Shown one piece after another: positions 27,721 to 36,550 of a stretch of DNA of 64,000 nucleotides. Numbering within the stretch: position 1 is the stretch's first letter; every line of letters starts with the position of its first letter. The position numbers and the translations under genes are program-made. A model generated the notes under the pieces. That model did no database searches and had not been told where the DNA came from. It was given only the letters and a program-made list of their open reading frames with translations. The DNA comes from Desulfomonilia bacterium (GTDB taxonomy: Bacteria; Desulfobacterota; Desulfomonilia; UBA1062), in NCBI GenBank assembly GCA_050014195.1, contig JBEKDT010000006.1, positions 32,001 to 96,000 of the forward strand. Direction: 5' to 3'.

Positions 27721-27748
27721 TTATCGGCTTACCATCACATTTACTTTA
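27721..27748 (-). promoter_or_regulatory. sigma28 (FliA) promoter of the NlpC/P60 gene
   Basis: Minus strand TAAAGT..(N16)..GCCGATAA; perfect -10 element. Confidence 0.7.
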
Positions 27749-27937
27749 AGTCAAGGTAGAGACGTAACTGGTATAGATTATAGAGAGTTAAAAGATATTT
27801 AGGATCAGAGACTCAGGTGTAACCAGTTGAAATCCTTGGATCCGAGAAAAATATTCTTAAAATCGACCAAATAGTGAGAAATTTAATCATATCATTGATC
27901 ATTGACAAACATTATTCCTTAAGGCTATATGCGCGCA

Positions 27938-28060
27938 TGTGTAGCCGAATTCCACCTTAAAAAGGTGGATACGGGGGACCCGTTCCATGGGGCGTATTCT
28001 TGCATAAGGATAGGGCACTTCCAAGCCCGAGCCCGTCAGCTAACCTCGTAGGCTTTTGGG
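27938..28060 (+). ncRNA. c-di-AMP (ydaO/yuaA) riboswitch
   Basis: GCCGAAT...ACGGGGGACCC...TGGGGCGTATT...TAGGG...CCCGAGCCCGTCAGCTAACCTCGTAGGC matches the conserved blocks of the family. Upstream of a YdaO/KimA gene, with TTGACA at 27902. Confidence 0.92.
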
Positions 28061-28071
28061 AGGTTTGTCTT

Positions 28072-28149
28072 ATGGTTGAAGATGGTTGGTGTATTCTCGT
28101 CTTGTCTATAATCCTGACAATTCTTGATAGACAATCTCTAAAAGGATGA
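28072..28149 (+). CDS. Putative 25-aa hydrophobic leader or accessory peptide (MVEDGWCILVLSIILTILDRQSLKG)
   Basis: GGGAGG RBS at the 3' end of the riboswitch; single TM-like stretch; stop 6 nt before the kimA ATG. Confidence 0.5.
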   Translation: MVEDGWCILVLSIILTILDRQSLKG

Positions 28150-28155
28150 GCCCGC

Positions 28156-30138
28156 ATGCCATACTATGACAAAAATGGACTCAGCCTGCCACACCGGATT
28201 CTCCATAAGATCATCGGCAAGCCTAGGGACCTGAACGAACCTTCTCTCTTTCACAAATTGAGTCTCATACCATTGCTCGCCTGGATCGGCCTGGGTGCTG
28301 ACGGTCTTTCATCATCCTCTTACGGACCGGAAGAGGCATTTCGGGCACTGGGGAATCACACCTACCTGGCGCTGCTTCTTGCCCTGGCAACTGCGTTTAC
28401 CGTGTTTGTGATCTCATATGCCTATTCACGCATTATCGAGCACTTCCCGCACGGCGGCGGCGGGTATATCGTTGCAACCCACACCATCGGACAGACTGCG
28501 GGTTTGATCTCGGGATGCGCACTCCTGGTTGACTATGTGCTCACCATCACCGTATCGCTCGCTGCCTGCGGAGATGCCATCTTCAGCTTTCTCCCCATGA
28601 ATTATCATATACTCAAGCTACCCCTTGTCGTGGTCCTTATTCTCTTTCTTGTGATTATGAACCTCAGGGGAGTAAAGGAATCCATCACCTTCTTGGCACC
28701 GATCTTCATCACCTTTATCGTCACTCATATCCTTTTGCTCGGTTATGGTATCGGGACACATTTCTTCAAGGCAGGCATCCTGGCCCGGGAGCTCCACGGT
28801 GATATCACCAGCGACATGGGTATTATTGGGATTATTGGCATCATGGCATTATTCCTCCGAGGATTCTCACTGGGCGGTGGAACCTATACCGGTCTGGAGG
28901 CGGTCTCCAACGGCATGCAGATCATGCGGGAGCCCAAAGTCGCCACCGGCAAGCGTACCATGCTCTACATGGCCCTCTCATTAGGAATAATGGCGGGCGG
29001 CCTTCTTGTTTGTTATCTGGTTTTCGACATTAAGCCCACAGAGGGACGTACATTGAATGCCATCCTTGCCGATGCGGTCTTCAGCAAATGGCCCTTGGGA
29101 AATAGCATCGCCCTGATCACTATCTTTTCCGAGGGAGCATTGCTCATGGTCGGTGCGCAAGCGGGGTTCATTGATGGACCCAGGGTTATGGCCAATATGG
29201 CCATCGACATGTGGTTCCCGCGCCGCTTCGCATCGCTTTCGGAACGCCTCAGCATGCAGGATGGCGTGCTCCTCATGGGCATATCCTCCATACTACTCCT
29301 CATTTATACGAAAGGCTCCGTTTCCGCCCTGGTGATCATGTATTCCATCAATGTCTTTCTTACCTTCTCCCTTTCGCAATTCGGGATGATCAGCTTTTAT
29401 TTGAAAAGAAGGGAAACCGAGACAGCCTGGATGAGGCATATCCCTGTCCATATCATTGGATTTGTCCTTTGTGTGACTATCCTGATTGTGACGGTCTCCA
29501 TCAAGTTCCAGGAAGGCGGGTGGATGACGCTCCTCATCACATCGTGCTTGATCAGTCTTTGTTATATCATTCGGGCACACTACCGCAGGGTTAGGAAAGG
29601 AACACGCTCGCTGGATGATATTCTCATGGGCATGTACCTGGAAGGCTCAAAGATCAACACCAATCCGCCTGATCCGAACGAGATGACCGCCATACTCCTC
29701 GTAAGCGGTTACGGCGGCTTTGGTCTCCACTCATTCCTTTCAATATTCAGGAACTTCCCGAATATGTATAAAAATTTCATCTTTGTCTCTATTGGTGAGA
29801 TCGACTCAGGCTCCTTTAAGGGTATTGATGAAGTAGAGGCGCTTAAGAGATCAGTGAAAGACGGTTTAAAAAAGTATGTAGATCTTGCCCGGAATCTCGG
29901 TTACCCCGCCGAATATCGTATGGACATCGGAACCGATGTAGTCGAGACAGCGACAAATCTCTGTGAATCCGTAGTTAAAGAGTATCCCCGGTCCATGATC
30001 TTTGCAGGTAAGCTGGTATTCCAGAAGGAGGGGATATTCCAGCGGTTTCTCCATAACGAGACGGCATTCGCCGTCCAGCGCCGGCTCCAGTGGGAAGGAG
30101 TGGCAATGGTAATCATGCCTATCCGGGTGATGATGTAA
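28156..30138 (+). CDS. kimA: KimA/YdaO-like APC-family potassium transporter
   Basis: 'ADGLSSSSYGPEE', 'GGGGY.VA', 'DYVLT.TVS', 'NLRGVKES', 'TGLEAVSNG', plus a soluble C-terminal domain; riboswitch upstream. Confidence 0.85.
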   Translation: MPYYDKNGLSLPHRILHKIIGKPRDLNEPSLFHKLSLIPLLAWIGLGADGLSSSSYGPEEAFRALGNHTYLALLLALATAFTVFVISYAYSRIIEHFPHGGGGYIVATHTIGQTAGLISGCALLVDYVLTITVSLAACGDAIFSFLPMNYHILKLPLVVVLILFLVIMNLRGVKESITFLAPIFITFIVTHILLLGYGIGTHFFKAGILARELHGDITSDMGIIGIIGIMALFLRGFSLGGGTYTGLEAVSNGMQIMREPKVATGKRTMLYMALSLGIMAGGLLVCYLVFDIKPTEGRTLNAILADAVFSKWPLGNSIALITIFSEGALLMVGAQAGFIDGPRVMANMAIDMWFPRRFASLSERLSMQDGVLLMGISSILLLIYTKGSVSALVIMYSINVFLTFSLSQFGMISFYLKRRETETAWMRHIPVHIIGFVLCVTILIVTVSIKFQEGGWMTLLITSCLISLCYIIRAHYRRVRKGTRSLDDILMGMYLEGSKINTNPPDPNEMTAILLVSGYGGFGLHSFLSIFRNFPNMYKNFIFVSIGEIDSGSFKGIDEVEALKRSVKDGLKKYVDLARNLGYPAEYRMDIGTDVVETATNLCESVVKEYPRSMIFAGKLVFQKEGIFQRFLHNETAFAVQRRLQWEGVAMVIMPIRVMM

Positions 30139-30168
30139 GAGGAGAAACATCCGTGTTTGGTATCAGTC

Positions 30169-30190
30169 TGTAGTAGGGCTTTAGCCGCGA
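30169..30190. repeat. Degenerate GTAG REP
   Basis: TGTAGTAGGGCTTTAGCCGCGA between convergent genes. Confidence 0.5.
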
Positions 30191-30248
30191 TCACCTCATT
30201 TCCCGGCATTGCTGGGTGGGGGAGCTTCATAGCAACCTGCCAACCCTC

Positions 30249-30845
30249 TCATCCCCTCGGGAAATATGTTGAAACGAGCTCCCTCACTTCCTTAAGCCAC
30301 TGTCGGCGCTGTTCCACCGTGCTCGTGACCATGATGCTGAATGTCCTGCGCTCGAACATCTGCACCCCGCATAGGCCGAAGATGCAGTTTTTCCATAGTG
30401 TCTCCAGAGGGTCTCCGAAGACCTGAACCTCGCGCTGGGCCTCGGTATTGGAGGTGTTGAATACAAGGGCTGTCTTGGCCTTGAGCAGGCCTTTCGACAC
30501 CCCTTCTCCCAAGTCTCCCTCCTCAAACTCGTATGCCACCCCGGGGCGGAAAACACGGTCGATCCACCCCTTGAGAATGGCAGGGGGCTGGCCCCACCAG
30601 TTGGGGTGGACAATGATAATGCCTTCAGCCTTTGCCATCTCATCGCAATACCGTTCGAGGTGAGGCGGCAGCGGGGCATCCATGAGGATCTCTTCCGAGA
30701 GCAGAATGGGGTCGAACCCTTCTTCATACAGGTCATGGAATAAGACCTTGTGTTCATTCTCACGAAGCTTGTCTATGGCTATCTCTGCAATGGCATGGTT
30801 AAAGCTCCCAGTATCCGGGTGGGCAAGGATCACGGATATTTTCAT
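30249..30845 (-). CDS. NAD(P)H-dependent flavodoxin-fold oxidoreductase (MdaB/KefF-like)
   Basis: 'ILAHPD..SFNHA', 'DLY...FDP', 'HPNWWGQPPAILKGWIDRV'. Confidence 0.92.
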   Translation of the reverse strand: MKISVILAHPDTGSFNHAIAEIAIDKLRENEHKVLFHDLYEEGFDPILLSEEILMDAPLPPHLERYCDEMAKAEGIIIVHPNWWGQPPAILKGWIDRVFRPGVAYEFEEGDLGEGVSKGLLKAKTALVFNTSNTEAQREVQVFGDPLETLWKNCIFGLCGVQMFERRTFSIMVTSTVEQRRQWLKEVRELVSTYFPRG

Positions 30846-30882
30846 ATCTCATTCCTTTGGTGTTGAAGCTTCATGATACATA

Positions 30883-32022
30883 TTAATCCCTCAGGAGTTC
30901 CCGGGCAATGACCAGCCTCTGGATTTCAGATGTACCCTCATAAATCGTAGTGGCCCGCGCATCGCGGTAGAGCCGCTCTACTTTGAAATCCTTGATGTAG
31001 CCGTATCCTCCGTGGATCTGCAGCGCCATATAGGCCGTCCTGTTCGCCATCTCAGAGGCAAACAGTTTTGCCATGGAGGCCTCTTTTGTGAACGGGACAT
31101 CCTGATCCTTTCTGCCGGCAGCCGACAGGGTGAGGAGGTGAGCCGCTTCGATTGAAGTCGCCATGTCTGCGATCATCCACTGGATCGCCTGGAACGAGCT
31201 GATGGACCTGCCGAACTGTTTTCGTTCCTTGGCATACCTTATGGCTTCATCCAGGCATGCCCGGGAGATCCCGAGGGCCTGCGAGGCAATACCTATTCGG
31301 CCGCTGTCCAAGGCCGTCATGGCGATCTTGAACCCGATCCCTGGCTTCCCGAGAAGGTTTTCTTTCGGGACCTTGCAGTCTTCGAAGATAAGCTCCACCG
31401 TGTTGGAGGCCCTCAAGCCCATCTTGTCTTCCCTTGAGCCCACGGAAAAGCCGGGGGTACCTTTCTCCACGATGAATGCCGAAAGGCCCTTGCTCCCCTT
31501 TTCCGGCCCGGTCCGGGCAATGAGGTTCACAACATCTGCATAAGCGCCATGGGTGATAAATACCTTGGTCCCATTGATGAGATAGTAGTCTCCCTTGTCC
31601 TCGGCCCTGATGGCTAAGCTTGCAGGATCTGAGCCGGAATTTGGCTCGGTAAGCGCAAAGCACCCGAGCATCTCTCCCTGTGCAAGCTTGATAAGGTATT
31701 TTATCTTCTGACCTTCATCGCCGAATTTGAGCAGCGGTTCGGTGGAGAGGTTGGCCACCGACATGGTAACCGCCGTAGATGCGCAGGCATAGGCAATCTC
31801 CTGAAGTGCCAGGCAGTAGCTGACCGCCCCCGCTCCCGACCCGCCGAACTCCAACGGCACCATCATGCCCAGCAGTCCGAGTTGACCCATCTTTTTCACT
31901 ACATCCGAAGGGAAGATCTCTTCTTTGTCTCTTTTCGCGGAAAAGGGCTCTAACTCCCTTTTTGCGAAGTCTCTGGCCATGAGTCTGACCATTTCCTGTT
32001 CTGCGTTCAGTTGAAATGGCAT
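30883..32022 (-). CDS. Acyl-CoA dehydrogenase (butyryl-CoA type)
   Basis: 'FALTEPNSGSD', 'NGTKVFIT', 'QIHGGYGY', catalytic 'IYEGTSEIQR'. Confidence 0.95.
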   Translation of the reverse strand: MPFQLNAEQEMVRLMARDFAKRELEPFSAKRDKEEIFPSDVVKKMGQLGLLGMMVPLEFGGSGAGAVSYCLALQEIAYACASTAVTMSVANLSTEPLLKFGDEGQKIKYLIKLAQGEMLGCFALTEPNSGSDPASLAIRAEDKGDYYLINGTKVFITHGAYADVVNLIARTGPEKGSKGLSAFIVEKGTPGFSVGSREDKMGLRASNTVELIFEDCKVPKENLLGKPGIGFKIAMTALDSGRIGIASQALGISRACLDEAIRYAKERKQFGRSISSFQAIQWMIADMATSIEAAHLLTLSAAGRKDQDVPFTKEASMAKLFASEMANRTAYMALQIHGGYGYIKDFKVERLYRDARATTIYEGTSEIQRLVIARELLRD

Positions 32023-32031
32023 ATCCCCTCC

Positions 32032-32595
32032 TTAGGGTACATAGATGACGACCAGGAGCTCGGCCTTTTCTTTTGTAGGGTTGCTGAGCTTGTGGTGTAG
32101 GGAGGAATTGAAGTGGATGCTCCCGCCCTTCTTCAGAGAGGTAATGTTCTGGCCGACCTGTATGGTCAGGCCCCCATCCAATACATAGACGAATTCTTCT
32201 CCCTCGTGGTGGTATTCGACGCCTTTATGCTCGGTTACCGGGTCTATGGTGACGCGGTAAGCCCGCAGGTGTTTTTCCTCACCCGGCTGGGTCAACGGTG
32301 CATATGCGTAGGAGGCGACCCTCTTTTTGTGGCTCTTTGTGCGCCTCTTGGAGGCCTCCTTATCCTGGGTGCCCTGGAGCTGCTCGATGTCGACCTTGAA
32401 GGTGCGTCCGAGCTGAAGCACGAGGGCGACAGGCGGGGCTACTTTCCCTTCCTCCACCTCTTCTAAGAGTGTGATTGCATAGCCCGTGTCTTTTGAAAGG
32501 GCTTCAAGACTGAGCCCTTTCTCCTCCCTCAGGCTGCGGATTCTCTTACCGAACGATTCTTCCTGCTTTTTGCTCACATATCCCCCCATTTTCAT
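32032..32595 (-). CDS. XRE-family regulator with cupin domain
   Basis: HTH 'IRSLREEKGLSLEALS'; cupin 'HEGEEFVYVLDG...FNSSLHH'. Start may be GTG 32577. Confidence 0.92.
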   Translation of the reverse strand: MKMGGYVSKKQEESFGKRIRSLREEKGLSLEALSKDTGYAITLLEEVEEGKVAPPVALVLQLGRTFKVDIEQLQGTQDKEASKRRTKSHKKRVASYAYAPLTQPGEEKHLRAYRVTIDPVTEHKGVEYHHEGEEFVYVLDGGLTIQVGQNITSLKKGGSIHFNSSLHHKLSNPTKEKAELLVVIYVP

Positions 32596-32777
32596 GCAGT
32601 GTCGTCATGCAGCATGATCATTATTTCTAAAACAATTCCCATGATACCATAAAAACATGGCTCAGGGACAGCAGTTATGAGCTGTCTTAAATAATATGGT
32701 ATTACAGAACTGCAGATCATGGGTCGATCTATTGATGGTATGTTGAAAAACACCTTGCACACGCCTATCCTTACTCT

Positions 32778-33158
32778 ATGATGAGTATATATACCTATCG
32801 GGTGCTTGCCGATGCCGTTGTGTATTTACACCTTGCATTCATCCTCTTTGTGATCCTTGGCGGCATCTTTGTCATTTTCCGGCCCAAGATCCTCTGGCTG
32901 CATATCCCGTGTGTCATCTGGGGTATGGTGATTGAGCTGGCCGGATTCATCTGCCCCCTCACTCCGCTTGAGAATTATCTGAGAGTACAGGCAAGGCAGA
33001 CCCCCTATTCGGGCGACTTTGTCATCCACTATATTGAGCCCGTCATTTATCCCGAAGGCCTCACCAGGGAGTTGCAGATTGTGTTTGGACTCATGGTGGT
33101 TATGGTAAACGCCCTTATATACGGCTCTTTGTTTCTGAGGAAGAAACGGCACGGGTAA
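32778..33158 (+). CDS. DUF2784 membrane protein
   Basis: 'LADAVV.LHLAFILFV.LGG', 'HIP...WG', 'CPLTPLEN.LR'. Confidence 0.88.
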   Translation: MMSIYTYRVLADAVVYLHLAFILFVILGGIFVIFRPKILWLHIPCVIWGMVIELAGFICPLTPLENYLRVQARQTPYSGDFVIHYIEPVIYPEGLTRELQIVFGLMVVMVNALIYGSLFLRKKRHG

Positions 33159-33183
33159 GAGAAGTTTTTAGGTGCGGAGGGTT

Positions 33184-33285
33184 TCACTTAACCCGTTTCT
33201 GAATGATGGTATCGCCCTGCTCGATGATCTGGATGCTGCGTTTTTTCGGTATGGCCTTTATGGTGAGGTCCTGTGTCTGGCCGGG
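33184..33285 (-). pseudogene. Orphan 3' gene fragment (PGQTQDLTIKAIPKKRSIQIIEQGDTIIQKRVK*)
   Basis: Coding-like codon use ending in TGA; cut off upstream at a GGGACTAAA x2 direct repeat. Confidence 0.35.
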
Positions 33286-33413
33286 ACTAAAGGGACTAAA
33301 TGACCCTCAGACAATGAGCAACCCTTCTCCTTGCAAGTGATACACGCAGCAATAAACGTTTTTAGGATTATTGGTTAAGAATTGAGAAGGGTAGCTGCGT
33401 TCTATTCACCCTT

Positions 33414-34193
33414 TTAAATGTGCTGATAAGGCAAACCCATAAGAAAATCATGGATCGCTCTATTTACTTCTCTAGGCTTTTCCATCGGTGAAACATGCCC
33501 GGAGTCTTCGATATTCATCTTGCATGCGCCTTTGATATTTTCAGCAAGGTATGCGCCGTATTTTGGCGGGGTGAGGATGTCGTCGCTTGCAGTAAGTACG
33601 AGGACAGGGATATTAATTGAGCTCAGCTGGCCCATGACATCAAAGGCATTGCACGCGCGGAAATCACCAAGCGCGACATCGGCCGTGCTCTGCATACATG
33701 CTGAGATCTTTCCCTTCAGCTCTTCTGAATTGTTTTTCTGAGAGACTAAGAATGTACAAGTTAGTTCCAAATATTCTGCATAACTCTTTTGAATGGTCTC
33801 AAAAATCACGGGCAGGACCTTGAGCCGTGCGCCGGTATTTATCAATACCCATGCAGGGAACACTTTGGGATGATTGATAAGAAGATGCTGTGTGATGGCA
33901 CCCCCCATGCTAAGCCCGCAGGGTATGGGCCTGGGAATCTGCGCCGAGTCAATGAACCTAAGAACAGACTCGGCATAATCCGAGATGTTTTCTCTTCCCT
34001 TTCCTTGGCTGGTGCCATGGCCGGGGAGATCGATGGCAACGGTATTCATATATGGTGAAAGTGCTTCAACCTGTGCCTCCCAGATGAGGCAGGATGTCCC
34101 TGCACCATGAATAAAGACCAGGGTAGGCTTGTCCAGATCAAGCGGCCACTTTCCCGTGATGTACCCAATCTCTCCTGCGCAGTGGTGTTCCAT
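33414..34193 (-). CDS. Alpha/beta hydrolase
   Basis: 'FIHGAG', 'IDLPGHG', 'GLSMGG', 'SGH'; start after CAGGAG. Confidence 0.92.
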   Translation of the reverse strand: MEHHCAGEIGYITGKWPLDLDKPTLVFIHGAGTSCLIWEAQVEALSPYMNTVAIDLPGHGTSQGKGRENISDYAESVLRFIDSAQIPRPIPCGLSMGGAITQHLLINHPKVFPAWVLINTGARLKVLPVIFETIQKSYAEYLELTCTFLVSQKNNSEELKGKISACMQSTADVALGDFRACNAFDVMGQLSSINIPVLVLTASDDILTPPKYGAYLAENIKGACKMNIEDSGHVSPMEKPREVNRAIHDFLMGLPYQHI

Positions 34194-34298
34194 AAATCTC
34201 CTGAGGCTGTTCGACGATATCATAAAAAATGAGCGAAACAAACAGAGACCGAACTGCCTCTGAACTCCAGACAATAGTGTTTATGCCTTAGTCACCTG

Positions 34299-35087
34299 TT
34301 ATCCGATTCTCAAACAACGCATGCTCAAGGAGGTGAAAACCTCCTCATAGGTAAAGACAATCTCCTCATCGGGATCACTCAGGGCAAGGCTGTACAAGAG
34401 GGGAACATAATGATCCACCGTGGGAACTGAAAGTGTTGCGGATTTCCCAATTTTTTCGTAATGGATTAGGCTGTCAAAATCCCTTTTGATTATGCTCTCC
34501 TTTACCCGCTCATCAAATTCAATGGCCCAGTCAAAGGGGGCATTGTCACTTCTGGAAAATACCAACCGAAGATTGTGCACGATGTTACCGCTTCCAATGA
34601 TGAGCACACCTTGTTTTCTAAGGGGCTTGAGATTCTGAGCCAGGGCAAAGTGGTAGTGCATGGGCTTATAGTAATCGATGCTTAATTGGAATACCGGGAT
34701 GTCGGCCTTTGGGAAGAGATGTTTCAGTATTGCCCAAGCCCCATGGTCCAAGCCCCATGTATTGTCTGTCTTAACATCAGGGATCAGTGTCTTTACTTCT
34801 TGGGCATATTCCGGTGCGCCGGGGGCAGGATACTTCACATGATACAATTCCTCCGGGAAGCCAGAAAAATCGTATAGTGTATCAGGTTTTGAGGTCGTGC
34901 TGACATAAGAGCCCCCTGTCAACCAGTGGGCTGATACAACAAGGATGGCGCCGGGCTTTTCTGCTAAAGACGTTCCCATGACTGAAAGGCTTTGGGTGAA
35001 AGGGTTAGTTAGGATGGCATTTGTCGGGATGCCGTGGCCGATGAAGAATACGGGCATCCTTGGTTGAGTTAGCGGTATAGCCTTCAT
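34299..35087 (-). CDS. ygiD: 4,5-DOPA extradiol dioxygenase family (LigB/YgiD)
   Basis: 'FIGHG', 'SAHW', 'YDFSGFP', 'GLDHGAW', 'GSGNIVHNL', 'PTVDHY.PL'. Confidence 0.9.
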   Translation of the reverse strand: MKAIPLTQPRMPVFFIGHGIPTNAILTNPFTQSLSVMGTSLAEKPGAILVVSAHWLTGGSYVSTTSKPDTLYDFSGFPEELYHVKYPAPGAPEYAQEVKTLIPDVKTDNTWGLDHGAWAILKHLFPKADIPVFQLSIDYYKPMHYHFALAQNLKPLRKQGVLIIGSGNIVHNLRLVFSRSDNAPFDWAIEFDERVKESIIKRDFDSLIHYEKIGKSATLSVPTVDHYVPLLYSLALSDPDEEIVFTYEEVFTSLSMRCLRIG

Positions 35088-35112
35088 GCTGATCCTTCTT
35101 TCCCTTCAACAC

Positions 35113-35904
35113 TTAATCCATGCGTTTTATGAATCCCACAAAAGCTTTGTTGAATGCTCCTGATTGTTCTATATTGACAAAATGGGCTGCATGAGGAATG
35201 GCTCTCAATTCCGAAGAAGTTATTCCGCCCCGGATAGATTCAGCAACAGACACAGGGGTACCGAGATCTTGCTCACCAACCAGCACCAGTACGCGCTGCT
35301 TAATAGCACCAAGGCAGTCCCGCAGATCCATATCACGGATCGCCGCGCAGCAGGCGCAATATCCCTCCACAGGCGTATTCAAGATCACCCGGCGTATCTT
35401 TTCGATCTCATTTGGCAGGCGCTTCCGACCTGCCTTGGTGAACCAACGGTCTATGGTGGCATCAACAACCGCTGCCATGCCCTTCTTCCTCACGAGATCG
35501 ATCCGCTCATCCCAGATTTCGCGCGGAGAAATGTGGGCCGCTGTGGAACTGAGTGTCAGCGAGATCAACCTGTCGCCATGCCTGGCGCCCAGCATCTGGC
35601 CGACCATGCCGCCCATGGAAAGGCCGCAGAAGTGGACCTTCTCCAGACCGAGCAGATCCATCAACCCTACGGCGTCGGCTGAGAGCAGTTCCATGGAGTA
35701 CGGACCTGCGGGTACTGCTGAGAGGCCATGGCCCCGGCCGTCATACCGGAGCACCCTGAACCCTCCCTGGATGAGTGCGGGAACCTGGCTGTCCCACATG
35801 GTGATATCGGCGGCAAGGGAGTTGGAGAGCATCACGACTACTCCCTGCTCGGGTCCGTCAACCCGGTAGTTGAGGGTCGTTGCATTCAGGTCGGCTCGGG
35901 GCAT
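35113..35904 (-). CDS. pcaD: 3-oxoadipate enol-lactonase-like hydrolase
   Basis: 'LSNSLA', 'RYDGRGHG', 'FCGLSMGGMVGQ', 'RWFT', 'GY.ACC.AI', 'AAHFVNIEQ'. Confidence 0.85.
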   Translation of the reverse strand: MPRADLNATTLNYRVDGPEQGVVVMLSNSLAADITMWDSQVPALIQGGFRVLRYDGRGHGLSAVPAGPYSMELLSADAVGLMDLLGLEKVHFCGLSMGGMVGQMLGARHGDRLISLTLSSTAAHISPREIWDERIDLVRKKGMAAVVDATIDRWFTKAGRKRLPNEIEKIRRVILNTPVEGYCACCAAIRDMDLRDCLGAIKQRVLVLVGEQDLGTPVSVAESIRGGITSSELRAIPHAAHFVNIEQSGAFNKAFVGFIKRMD

Positions 35905-35951
35905 GCGCTCCTTGATCCTTTATTCGTGTTTTTAAAATAGTGCCGCTAGTA

Positions 35952-36050
35952 TTACATGAAGTGCACGGCATGACCCAGGTAAAAGAAAAATGCGATCGCC
36001 ACTAGGTGAAGGAGCCACCAGTTCATGGTAAACAGTCTGAATTTATTCAT
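35952..36050 (-). CDS. 32-aa membrane microprotein (MNKFRLFTMNWWLLHLVAIAFFFYLGHAVHFM)
   Basis: GGAGG RBS overlapping the upstream stop; similar to the C-terminal TM helix of the upstream gene. Confidence 0.65.
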   Translation of the reverse strand: MNKFRLFTMNWWLLHLVAIAFFFYLGHAVHFM

Positions 36051-36052
36051 GG

Positions 36053-36550
36053 TTACCTCCAAAGCAGGTTGCCGAGGGTATACACAATGCTTAAGCCCAC
36101 CAGATGGACAAGCCACCATCCCATGTTGGGGTAACGGTATGTTACGCCGGCCTTGGGCTTTTTCGGATCATAGCCGAAGGTCTCCAGATCAAAGAGTGCT
36201 TTCCCGATAAAAAAGATCGTCCACAAAATGAGTATGTCAGGCAGTGTTGTCTCCAGGATGATTGACGCAAACGTGGTCTGGGCAGGCCAATGAGCAATTG
36301 AGAAGTGAGCCATGAGAATCGTGCCGATAATGGCCAACATGCCGTTTAAAACATAACCGTAAGAAAGAGTCTTCTTGAAGGAAAAAAGCAGGGGCACCAC
36401 AATGATGCTCAGGACGCCCGTAATGTACCCGACAACAATAGAAGGAATCTTTACAATCGGGTGAATTCGTATATGGAGCAATAATCCCCCAAGGGCCAGG
36501 GTGATAATGGCAATGAGTAAGAGTGACTTGACATAGGTTTTATTTGACAT
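36053..36550 (-). CDS. Multi-TM membrane protein with several intramembrane His
   Basis: GAAGGAGG RBS; about 5 hydrophobic helices; 'LLHIRIHP', 'MAHFS', 'WWLVHL'. Confidence 0.75.
   Translation of the reverse strand: MSNKTYVKSLLLIAIITLALGGLLLHIRIHPIVKIPSIVVGYITGVLSIIVVPLLFSFKKTLSYGYVLNGMLAIIGTILMAHFSIAHWPAQTTFASIILETTLPDILILWTIFFIGKALFDLETFGYDPKKPKAGVTYRYPNMGWWLVHLVGLSIVYTLGNLLWR

Noticed and set aside
27957-28157. 66-aa minus-strand ORF
   Set aside because: It is antisense to the c-di-AMP riboswitch and has no coding features.
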